Origin: Mizuhopecten yessoensis
Taxonomy: Eukaryota
NCBI RefSeq assembly: GCF_002113885.1
Contig: NW_018408907.1
Location: 647,907-711,906, forward strand
DNA length: 64,000 nt
Direction: 5' to 3'
Shown: positions 23,429 through 34,127 of the stretch, piece by piece
Layout of the letters: each line of letters begins with the position of its first letter
Position numbering within the stretch: position 1 is the stretch's first letter
Position numbers and translations under genes: made by a program
Notes under the pieces: generated by a model
What the model was told of the DNA's origin: nothing
The model's database searches: none
The model's input: the letters and a program-made list of their open reading frames with translations, nothing else

Positions 23429-24702
23429 ATGACCCATATGTAAAAAGTCACTCATTAATATTCAAAAATGACTCTTTTTTACAAATTTAATAATTGTAAT
23501 TGTCAAAATTAATGTTTCGGCAACAACTTCATGAAAAAATATAATAGATAATCGACTTTAAATATCGAGAGTAGCAGTATTGCATTTATTTATATAAATT
23601 AACCACGGACTATATGCGCGTAAGCATATCGTACGAAGTCTGCCTCCCACCAAGTAATGAAGACGAACTTATGGTTCATGGTTCATGGTGGTCGACGTCT
23701 TCGTAAGCATATTATTGCTTCTGTTGACGCTTCTTCATAGTTGTTCACATATTTACAGGTTGTGCAGAGGATACGTATATATTATCGCTGTCAATGTCCA
23801 AAACCATAGGCCTACGTTTCTTCGTGACGATTTTATGATCTTTTATGGTTGACGTTTATAGTGAAAGTTCAGCCATAGTCAGACGAATAGCAATAACTGG
23901 ATGTTGGGAGAACGAAATATTTTCCGGCACTGTGACAGATCTTATTTTTTTTTATTTTCACGACCGTCCTGAACACGCGACGGTGTGACGTTGAAACGAT
24001 ATCGAGGGTCTATAGCAACTTTGCCTGAAACTAGCGATCAAATCTTTAAGTATCATCTTCTTTTAATATTGCCGTAATAACCCCCTTTTCCGCATAACCT
24101 CACAAAGTCACCAACATTTGACGGATGTTGACAGCAGACGACGTAAACAAAACAGCATGTGGCAAGAATGGGTACCCTTCATCTAAGATGTAGATCTGCC
24201 GAGGTGTGCCGAATGAGTATGCGTGTTTACACAATGATCTGAGAGTGGAATAACACAGCGTATTGTGGTAGAAATTTAATAAGCGTATACATGTATTGGC
24301 TTAGGTTATCATAACCATTAGTTATACGGCAGTTTCCCCAATATGCAGCGATTTCAAAATGTCATCAATTTATGAATGAATCAATTTCACGCCTTCTAGT
24401 ATAGAATCTGTTGAATCTAATCTGTGATATGTTATGTCAACATTATCATCACCGACAATGCAAATTGATACAACTAGTCATTTCAAACCTGAAATTTCTA
24501 GATACTGGATATGAAGGGGAGGGGTACCACAGGGACCTGAGAAATTGTTACAGCTATATTTGGACCTTCGCTGAAGTTTTCAAAGTAATTTTACACGTTT
24601 ATTCATCATTGGGGATGACATTTTCACCGTAATTTAATCAAAACCCATAAAGCGTGTACAATTACTCTGAACACCTTAGTTTAGGTCCAAATATAGCTGT
24701 AA

Positions 24703-26612
24703 CAAGTGTGTATGTGCCTGTGGGGGGTACCAGCAGAATCATCCGAACAATGTGTGTATGTGCCTGTGGGGGATACCAGCAGAATCATCCGAACAATGTG
24801 TGTTTGTGCCTGTGGGGGATACCAGCAGAATCATCCGAACAATGTGTGTAGGTGCCTGTGGGGGCATATACCAGCAGAATCATCCGAAAAATGTGTGTAT
24901 GTGCCTGTGGGGTATACCAGCAGAATCATCCGAACAATGTGTCTTTGTGCATGTGGGGGATACCAGCAGAATCATCCGAACAATGTGTGTAGGTGCCTGT
25001 GGGGGCATATACCAGCAGAATCATCTGAACAATGTGTGTATGTGCCTGTGGGGGGATACCAGCAGAATCATCCGAACAATGTGTCTATGTGCCTGTGGGG
25101 TATACCAGCAGAATCATCCGAACAATGTGTTTATGTGCCTGTGGGGGATACCAGCAGAATTATCCGAACAATGTGTCTATGTGCCTGTGGGGGATACCAG
25201 CAGAATAATCCGAACAATGTGTCTATGTGCCTGTGGGGGATACCAGCAGAATAATCCGAATAATGTGTCTATGTGCATGTTGGGTATACCAGCAGAATCA
25301 TCCGAATAATGTGTCTATGTGCATGTTGGGTATACCAGCAGAATCATCCGAATAATGTATCTATGTGCATGTGGGGGCACATACCAGCAGAATCATTCGA
25401 ACAATGTGTCTATGTGCCTGTGGGGGATACCAGCAGAATAATCCGAACAATGTGTCTATGTGCCTGTGGGGGATAACAGCAGAATCATCTGAACAATGTG
25501 TCTATGTGCCTGTGGGGGATACCAGCAGAATTATCCGAACAATGTGTGTATGTCCCTGTGGGGGATACCAGCAGAATCATCTGAACAATGTGTCTATGTG
25601 CATGTGGGGGATACCAGCAGAATCATCCGCACAATGTGTGTTTGTGCCTGTGGGGGATACCAGCAGAATCATCCGCACAATGTGTGTTTGTGCCTGTGGG
25701 GGATACCAGCAGAATCATCCGCACAATGTGTGTTTGTGCCTGTGGGGGATACCAGCAGAATCATCCGCACAATGTGTGTTTGTGCCTGTGGGGGATACCA
25801 GCAGAATCATCCGAACAATGTGGCTATGTGCCTGTGGGGGATACCAGCAGAATCATCTGAACAATGGGTCTATGTGCCTGTGGGGGCACATACCAGCAGA
25901 ATCGTGCGAACAATGTGTCTATGTGCCTGTGGGGGATACCAGCAGAATTATCCGAACAATGTGTCTATGTGCCTGTGGGGGATAACAGCAGAATCATCTG
26001 AACAATGTGTCTATGTGCCTGTGGGGGATCCCAGCAGAATCATCCGAACAATGTGTCTATGTGCCTAGGGGGGCATATACCAGCAGAATCATCCGAAAAA
26101 TGTGTGTATGTGCCTGTGGGGTATACCAGCAGAATCATCCGAACAATCTGTCTATGTGCCTGTGGGGGATACCAGCAGAATTATCCGAACAATGTGTGTA
26201 TGTCCCTGTGGGGGATACCAGCAGAATAATCCGAACAATGTGTCTATGTGCCTGTGGGGGATACCAGCAGAATTATCCGAACAATGTGTCTATGTGCCTG
26301 TGGGGGCACATACCAGCAGAATCATCCGAACAGTGTGTCTATGTGCATGTGGGGGATACCAGCAGAATTATCCGAAAAATGTGTGTATGTGCCTGTGGGG
26401 GCACATACCAGCAGAATCATGCGAACAATGTGTCTATGTGCCTGTGGGGGATACCAGCAGAATCATTCGAACAATGTGTCTATGTGCCTGTGGGGTATAC
26501 CAGCAGAATCATCCGAACAATGTGTCTATGTGCATGTGGGGGATACCAGCAGAATCATCCGAACAATGTGTCTAGGTGCCTGTGGGGGATACCAGCAGAA
26601 TCATCCGAACAA
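24703..26612. repeat. 46-bp minisatellite (~41 copies, with 49-bp variants)
   Basis: Unit AATGTGTCTATGTGCCTGTGGGGGATACCAGCAGAATCATCCGAAC; explains the overlapping ORFs from 24654 to 26760. Confidence 0.97.
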
Positions 26613-26873
26613 CATAAGTCAAAGCATTACTGTTGTTGGACGAATTTCTGTCTGTAACAGATCTTTTCATGTCACACATTCAAGCCGACATAGCAACAAA
26701 ATGAAAGTAAAATGCTGTTTTAGAATTGAGAAAATGCAAAGCACAAACGCAAATGATTAATAATCTATCAAATATGAATATTTTATATTCAATAATCGTT
26801 TTAAAGAACGCCATTTTCGTAACAGTCATAATTGTCTTAACGTTAGTCCAATACAAATAGGACCGATGTTTAA

Positions 26874-26948
26874 CCCTTTCAAGTCATGTTTGAACTTATC
26901 AAATCAAAGACTGGGCATGTCCATTTCAATTATTTAGGGGTGAATGAG
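26874..26948. mobile_element. 75-bp piggyBac-like micro-MITE (divergent)
   Basis: TTAA|CCCTTTCA...GGGGTGAATGAG|TTAA. Confidence 0.6.
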
Positions 26949-27412
26949 TTAAGTGTGTTCCATATAGAATTTGTTGGGTTTTATATAAAACACGGGATTT
27001 TATTGGCCGACTTTCACTAGCGATCCAGTCTCACAATTTATAACAAAACATTGCCATCAATGTACGCGTTTCTGAAGTTTTGAGTCTTACACAGAACTTG
27101 TATACTCTCGTCTGGTAACAAACCCCTTCCCCCTTCCCCGAACTCGACGTTTGTGTCCTTTTAAATTGTAGTGATCGACTATTAAGAGAAATTTATCTCC
27201 ACCAGAAGTGTCAATGTAGTAGTCCTATGTTTCTACTGTATTTATTGTAGGTGCAGGTCATGTAGATATTAGGCAATGATCTACATGTTAAACTGAATAA
27301 CGAAATTCAAGGGAAATTGAGTAACAGCTACATACACACTGTACAAGTCCAAATGTTTCACGAATAAAAACATTTTTCCCCTTCATAACAATTTTGTAAT
27401 ATTATACCGTTC

Positions 27413-27502
27413 AATATGTGGTTACACGTACCAGAAAAGTTATATTGAATTCCACTTCGCCTCGGTTAATATCCTCCTGTCAGGTTCGTAAAACCACACA
27501 TT
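27413..27502. mobile_element. Degenerate foldback element
   Basis: Imperfect arms AATATGTGGTTACACGTACC / GGTTCGTAAAACCACACATT around a CTTCGCCTCGG centre. Confidence 0.5.
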
Positions 27503-28439
27503 AACTTTATCAAAAGTCAATATTAGATATTGAACGAAAATTTACGTACAATATTTGAATATATCAACATAACGCATTTTTTCTGCTCGCGTTTAATTCC
27601 TTAGCTAATATGATATATGTACCGTATGTACGTAAATTATAGGCATTAGAACAAGATGGATTTTTTAAACAGAATATTCAATTATTTGATTTTTAATCCG
27701 ACGTTCATTTATTTCTTTTTTAAACAGTAAAATCTTGTTTCATTTTTTTGTGTGTAGCTCCATGTAACTCGAAATTTCGAGGACCTGTCTCAAGATAGTC
27801 CATCAAAATGTGATTGTCACGTGTTTATCTGGCTTGTATAGATTATATTTGCTCGCAGATTTGTTTTTATTACTTTTTGATATCAATGACTAAATGTTAT
27901 TAATTTGACAGACAAGAGTTATCTCTCTTAGTACAGCAAGGGGCTTTACAAGACCACATAGTGTGCCGTGTAGGCATTTCCTCTACATGTATTTATTTAT
28001 TTATTTGTGTGATAACGGCCGATCAAATAGTGAAAGGGCACGCACCACAGGCGCCTGAGGTTCTGGAAATAGCTAAATAATTGTGACTTCATCATAACAG
28101 AGAAGAAAACCAAAGGTTAGGGTTCCGAGTATTCAAACAGCGCAGCTCACTTAAAGTTGGTATATCTTATGTCCCATAAGCAATATTCAAGGAAAACAAT
28201 TGTTTCCCCAATACCACGCTAGTCGGCTTAAAAACATATCTAATGAGACTCCCCTTTCCCTCCTTAAATATACAAGAGATTAAGGGAAAAAAGGTTTCAA
28301 TACAACATTAGTCGCCTCAAAAAAGCTACAATTACCCCAGAGCATGTAATAGAATGAGTATTGCAGAAAAGGTTTCTATATTTTTTTAAGCAGAATCATC
28401 AATACGGATGTATTATTCCCTTATTCAGGGTCTTAATTA

Positions 28440-28672
28440 AACCATTACAACCAGCCAATATCTCAACTCCCTGGGGAGCATACAGCCGGTACTGCCATTT
28501 CGGTACTCACAGCTAGCATTCAACAATTTTTGCACTGCCCAACCACGTACTCATTTACAGCTGAGTAGACTGGAACAAGCGAAGTAAAGTATCCCTTTTC
28601 AAGGATACAACACAGTGCCTCGACGTGATTCGAATCCGCAACCCTTCGGCCACGAGCCCGACGCCCTACTGC
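28440..28672 (-). mobile_element. tRNA-derived SINE with CORE/Deu-like body
   Basis: Minus strand: tRNA-like head with GATTCGAATC B box, then TGTGTTGTATCCTTGAAAAGGGATACTTTAC, CAGTCTACTCAGCTGTAAATGAGTAC and TATGCTCCCCAGGGAGTTGAG. Confidence 0.7.
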
Positions 28673-29173
28673 TATTTGATATTAGATATGGATTTTTAAC
28701 TCAATTGCCTTAAATGTTTTATTGGTGGATTGTTCTAGCAATCTATATCGACACGAATAATAAGAAGACTTAGTTGGGACCTTATGGTGAAACCTAAGTA
28801 CAGCGATTGGAGCCAAAGATAATTATGTGCATCATAATTAGATGCACATAATTATCTAAATTTTTACTCTAACCACAGTAAACACACTAAAGTTAATATT
28901 CCTTTTAATCTTGCCTCACGGATTGTCACTATCGTCAGTGACCAACAAGCTCAAATTGCTAGACTCAGTCAACTAAAGCAATACCTTAAAGCTCAATGTT
29001 ATCCTACTGAGATAATAGAACATGGTATACAGAAAGCTATTGAAAAGGGACCCTTTACTTCCCGTCTACACAAACTAAAGGATGAATCAAAGTTAGTTCC
29101 TTTTGTTTCTACCTTCAATTCACGGAATTGTAATATGTTTCCTGTGATAAAGAACAAATATGAAGAGTTAAAG

Positions 29174-29538
29174 TGTAAATTTATTAGTAAATTGTATTTT
29201 GGTGTACGCAACTTTAGCCTTTGCCAAGGCAGTTAGAGTTAGCTCCCTTAGCTCCCCATGCTAGTTCCGGTCTTTTAACAGCATTAGCAGAGCAAGATGG
29301 CAGCAGCCTCACAGTGTTTTATATAAATATAAAATCCAGCGACATCTCGATGAACGCTTACAATCTCAGAGAGCGATCAAGCTCACTAATGACATTCCTC
29401 CAAAATGGTGACAGCGAGGAGACCGATGATAATGTACATCGGAAAGAAAATGCTTCTCAATCTAGTGACGAACATCAGGGTGATGATGGCCGGCATGGTG
29501 CCTGTGGAGGCCCACCACCATCAGCGATGAGTGACAAA
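29174..29538 (+). mobile_element. 5' end of an unidentified element inserted into the PLE, with ORF start at 29350 (MNAYNLRERS...)
   Basis: PLE similarity is lost at TGTAAATT; promoter-like TTCCGG and CAAGATGGC motifs follow; the ORF stays open into the N gap. Confidence 0.5.
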
Positions 29539-30301
29539 NNNNNNNNNNNNNNNNNNNNNNNNNNNNNNNNNNNNNNNNNNNNNNNNNNNNNNNNNNNNNN
29601 NNNNNNNNNNNNNNNNNNNNNNNNNNNNNNNNNNNNNNNNNNNNNNNNNNNNNNNNNNNNNNNNNNNNNNNNNNNNNNNNNNNNNNNNNNNNNNNNNNNN
29701 NNNNNNNNNNNNNNNNNNNNNNNNNNNNNNNNNNNNNNNNNNNNNNNNNNNNNNNNNNNNNNNNNNNNNNNNNNNNNNNNNNNNNNNNNNNNNNNNNNNN
29801 NNNNNNNNNNNNNNNNNNNNNNNNNNNNNNNNNNNNNNNNNNNNNNNNNNNNNNNNNNNNNNNNNNNNNNNNNNNNNNNNNNNNNNNNNNNNNNNNNNNN
29901 NNNNNNNNNNNNNNNNNNNNNNNNNNNNNNNNNNNNNNNNNNNNNNNNNNNNNNNNNNNNNNNNNNNNNNNNNNNNNNNNNNNNNNNNNNNNNNNNNNNN
30001 NNNNNNNNNNNNNNNNNNNNNNNNNNNNNNNNNNNNNNNNNNNNNNNNNNNNNNNNNNNNNNNNNNNNNNNNNNNNNNNNNNNNNNNNNNNNNNNNNNNN
30101 NNNNNNNNNNNNNNNNNNNNNNNNNNNNNNNNNNNNNNNNNNNNNNNNNNNNNNNNNNNNNNNNNNNNNNNNNNNNNNNNNNNNNNNNNNNNNNNNNNNN
30201 NNNNNNNNNNNNNNNNNNNNNNNNNNNNNNNNNNNNNNNNNNNNNNNNNNNNNNNNNNNNNNNNNNNNNNNNNNNNNNNNNNNNNNNNNNNNNNNNNNNN
30301 N
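29539..30301. other. Assembly gap (N run)
   Basis: 763 consecutive N. Confidence 1.
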
Positions 30302-30303
30302 TA

Positions 30304-30708
30304 ACACCAAAAGTATCCAAATGTAAGACACCAAGATGTGCTACATGTCCTATGATTATCGAGTGTAATACTTTTATTTTCAAGAATGGTTTGAAATTTA
30401 CTGTGAAGGTAAATATGAATTGTAAATCAAAAAATGTAATTTATGCAATCGTTTGTTCTAAATGTGGTGATTTTTACATCGGTCAAACCGGTAATGAACT
30501 CAGAACACGTATGACTGTACATAGACAACAAACTAGAACTGATTCTTTACGAAATCTTCATGTTAACAAACATATTCATGAATGTGCTGGAGATAAATTT
30601 AATGTATTACCTTTGTATCAACTATTTTCATCAGACACTATTTTAAGAGAAACGAAAGAAGACCAACTAATCAAAATATTAAAACCAAGTCTCAACAGGC
30701 CACAGTAA
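30304..30708 (+). CDS. GIY-YIG endonuclease domain (C-terminal part of PLE polyprotein)
   Basis: CKTPRCATC linker; NVIYAIVCSKCGDFYIGQTGNELRTRMTVHR; terminal E...I...L.PSLN motif; frame is intact. Confidence 0.92.
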   Translation, partial: TPKVSKCKTPRCATCPMIIECNTFIFKNGLKFTVKVNMNCKSKNVIYAIVCSKCGDFYIGQTGNELRTRMTVHRQQTRTDSLRNLHVNKHIHECAGDKFNVLPLYQLFSSDTILRETKEDQLIKILKPSLNRPQ

Positions 30709-30814
30709 AATTTTACGCCAAATTGTCCACCAATCTTGTGTACTTCGTGACGTCACGTTACTATTGTAGTGTGATGACATGTAATTGTGACGTCACGACG
30801 TTGTTTTTTTTAAT

Positions 30815-30854
30815 AAACCTGAAGAGCCCTGTGAAGGGTGAAAGCAGCTAGTTT
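30815..30854 (+). ncRNA. Minimal type I hammerhead ribozyme of the PLE
   Basis: AAAC-CUGAAGA-GCCCU(GUGA)AGGGU-GAAA-GC(A)GC-UA^GUUU; catalytic core nucleotides and stems I-III are all present. Confidence 0.85.
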
Positions 30855-32076
30855 TTTAGTCGGTCGTTAATCTTATTTTTTCTATATATATGTGGTAGCT
30901 TATATAGCTATGCACTATATGGGATGCAAGTATCGACCATACATACCCCTGTGATAGCTAAACACTTATAAGACAGGAAAAGATCGTGCTACAGTCTCGT
31001 GTTCACATCGTACAAATTTTATTACATATTACACATAGTACAAATTTTACGACAGTTCATACCGTCCTTATACAACATTCCTCATCCCAGTAATGCCTCA
31101 GAGTGGTCTAGAAGAGTAGGCTTTTTAATATTTATCACCTAGCTTCCCCTTTTTGGCATATCACCTCAGTCGCCAGGGGAGCTAGATCTACGCTTTTTAA
31201 CCAAATGATTCCAAGGTCACAATCGGTATTTATGCCTCTCTTTTCATTATTCAGCAGTGTAGGGTTAAATTCTTGACATCGCAACTGTTTCCAAGACACG
31301 GTGGATAGATTGAACCCCAACGCAAATCTTGGTGCTGTTGAAATGAAAAGGGGTGGGGGCACAAATTCCATTTACACATAGACTATGCAGTCTATAAAGC
31401 GTTTTTCATCAATAAAATAATGCATTTTAGGAGATAGTCGGTAAACCGTTGGTCTGAGTAGTAATCAATACTGGTAGCGATAATTACAGGGATTAGTAGC
31501 GGTAGTCGAGAGGGATTAACTAAAATTGGTCTACCTGATAAAGAATTAAACAATAAAGAGTTACCTACCATCCTACTCAACTTGGAGTTAGCCAAAATAT
31601 ATCATATTTTAATGTTTTATTCCCCATTTTAATAATAATTTATATGCAATTGTTCAGAACGCGCTCAAATGTCTCCCTTTAAAATGACCGAGAGTTTGAA
31701 TGTTCTTGTAGTATTATATTTAACGTTATGAAAACTGCACACCTGCGTATAGAGATTGTATTCGATATAAAAAAAAAAACCTGTACGATTTCCTAACGTT
31801 GCTGTTGTTGCTTCAAACACGGAAGTGCAAAACTGTACGCTGATGTGTAATCAAAGCTCCCCTAAACCCTTGTTGGCCTTTTAGCTTAGTTTATGTCGTG
31901 AAGCGAGTGTAAATTGTTAAGTGCACTTTCATCTACACGAACAATTTCACGGTCAGCTCTGATTGAAGATCGCTACTTCGGCAGTTGTATTCTGATATTG
32001 GAGATACCTACTGTGAAAGGTTCTGATTGGATGCTCAAGGTGGTCGTTTACTAATTGGAAGTGTGGAAATACATTG

Positions 32077-32870
32077 TTAGAGAGAGTGAGGGGGGTGGGA
32101 GCGTGTGTGGGAGAGAGAGAGTGAGGGGTGGGGGAGCGTGTGTGGGAGAGAGTGAGTGAGGGGTGTGGGAGCGTGTGTGGGAGAGAGAGTGAGGGGTGTG
32201 GGAGCGTGTGTGGGAGAGAGATAGTGAGGGGTGTGGGAGCGTGTGTGGGAGAGAGAGTGAGGGGTGTGGGAGCGTGTGTGGGAGAGATAGTGAGGGGGGT
32301 GGGAGAGTGTGTGGGGGGTGGGAGCGTGTGTGGGAGAGGGATAGAGGGGGGTGTGGGAGCGTGTGTGGGGTGTGGGAGCGTGTGTGGCAGAGAGAGTGAG
32401 GGTTGTGGGAGCGTGTGTGGGAGAGAGGGAGAGAGGGGTGTGGGAGCGTGTGTGGGAGAGATAGTGAGGGGGGTGGGAGAGTGTGTGGGAGAGAGAGTGA
32501 GGGTTGTGGGAGTGTGTGTGGGAGAGGGAGTGAGGGGTGTGGGAGCCTGTGTGGGAGAGGGAGTGAGGGTTGTGGGAGCGTGTGTGGGGTGTGGGAGCGT
32601 GTGATGGAGAGATAGTGAGGGGTGTGGGAGCGTGTGTAGGAGAGAAAGAGTGAGGGTTGTGGGAGCGTGTGTGAGAGAGAGAGAGTGAGGGTTGTGGGAG
32701 AGACTGGGAGCGTGTATGGGAGAAGGAGTGAGTGGATGTGGGAGAGAAAGGTTGGGTAGGTATGGTGGAGAGTGTAGGAGTGGGAGTATGGGAGGGAGAG
32801 AAAGAGGGCGTGGTAGTGGGGAAGAGTGAGTGTGGGAGAGAGGGAGAGTGTGGGTCAGATTGAGTGAGTG
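32077..32870. repeat. G-rich ~30-bp minisatellite
   Basis: Unit approximately GAGAGAGTGAGGGGTGTGGGAGCGTGTGTGG; generates the spurious ORFs at 32077-32898. Confidence 0.95.
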
Positions 32871-33843
32871 TATATGTACAATCAGCGCATATACACATTG
32901 GGACTAGTTACAACAATTGATAAAAAATGAAATGGGTTAAATTAAACGATTAGAACAGATACTTTCCTTGAAGCTAGAAGACTTAAAGTTACCAGCAAAT
33001 CAATCTTCATATATCAAACTTTTACCTTTGCTTTTGCAAACACTTTTATTGAACTGTATTTGATTCATTCAGGTAAACATTGATATAAACAAGAAAACTG
33101 ACAAGTCTAAACTTAGGTTATTAAATTCACTAAGAAATTCACTGGTCTTGGTGATTTGTTCCGGAGAGTAGTTTAGAATTTCTGGTCTTGGTGATTTGTT
33201 TGAGGTCCAATTTGTTGATGGCTTTGATAATGACATCGTCGGTAATATGAAGGTAAATATTGTTTCAGTCTATTGATTTAATTTTCCCCGCCCATTCCCT
33301 GTTTATACTAGTGTAGGCACTGTCAAGGTTCATTTCAGACTACATGGGCAGACGACCAGATGTGCTCCCCAAATAATTCATTGTTTCATTGCCTTGTTGC
33401 CTACGTGTAGACGGTTTTCATTCGATGAAAAACATTGCTTCTAGCTCTTCTTTATTATTTCTATGTTCGGTCTGTTTTACAATGTTGACATTTTTTTTTT
33501 TTTTTTTTACTTCCTCCGCCTTTGTGGTACTGGCTTTTTAGCTTCCGTATCAATAATGGGTTCCAGCGTAGTTTGTTACAATTTAATTGTTACACTTTAT
33601 TTTCCCCTTACGAATTTCTGTTGTATCTGGTAAGGTATCAACAAAAGGCGTTCCGCGACTGTGTAGCTGTCATGTTGTTGAGGGTTAGTTGCTAATGACT
33701 CGAGCCCAGTCTCTTCTCCCTTATTTTCACTGGGATACCGGCGTTGATTTGTTCTTCACTATATTGAAATTACGTGTTTTAAACTCCGGTGCTACAATGT
33801 ACTTCGTGTTCAAAGGTTGCAATATTCATAATTACATATTTAG

Positions 33844-33926
33844 CCCTTTCATCCAAATGTAACTTTAGTAGACTCTACCATGCATTGATCTGGATGTGTC
33901 CCTTATGGGCTACAGTGGTGAAAGGG
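33844..33926 (-). mobile_element. 83-bp piggyBac-like micro-MITE
   Basis: TTAG|CCCTTTC...GAAAGGG|TTAA; reverse-complement homolog of 8720-8802. Confidence 0.8.
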
Positions 33927-33954
33927 TTAAAAAAAAGTTTTACAAAAATCAGAA

Positions 33955-34127
33955 TGCTGTCCTTCGGCATGGTATTTCAGTGAGATACCACCATAAAGTC
34001 GGCATCGGATCCGCGCCATCACAATCACACCAGCATGCCCAGCCTCCAGAATATATAAACTCACCTGTACGCATACACAGCACACAGTGAGACACGTCCT
34101 TAAAACCTTATACAACCAAAACCAAAC
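33955..34127 (+). mobile_element. 3' fragment of the Meta-type SINE
   Basis: CTTCGGCATGGTATTTCAGTGAGAT...TCGGCATCGGATCCGCGCCATCACAA matches ~13753-13815. Confidence 0.75.

Larger units (their letters stand above)
28841..30880 (+). mobile_element. 5'-truncated Penelope-like element (Neptune-type), interrupted by an insertion and an assembly gap
   Basis: Open frame at 28841-29176 (DAHNYLNFYSNHSKHTKVNIPFNLASRIVTIVS...YPTEIIEHGIQKA...PFVSTFN) resembles the RT thumb region; Cys linker and GIY-YIG follow the gap; hammerhead in the 3' region. Confidence 0.9.

Noticed and set aside
23604-23620. CACGGACTATA, a possible further P-like terminus
   Set aside because: No matching opposite end or 7-bp TSD was found by eye.
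24703-26612. CRISPR-like regular repeat array
   Set aside because: Units are contiguous with no unique spacers, there are no cas genes, and the context is eukaryotic.
29221-30708. 495-aa ORF (and the other X-filled ORFs) spanning the gap
   Set aside because: Artefact of translating through Ns; it joins an inserted element's ORF to the PLE endonuclease.
32077-32898. 273-aa His/Pro/Ser/Thr-rich ORF
   Set aside because: Translation of a simple G-rich minisatellite.
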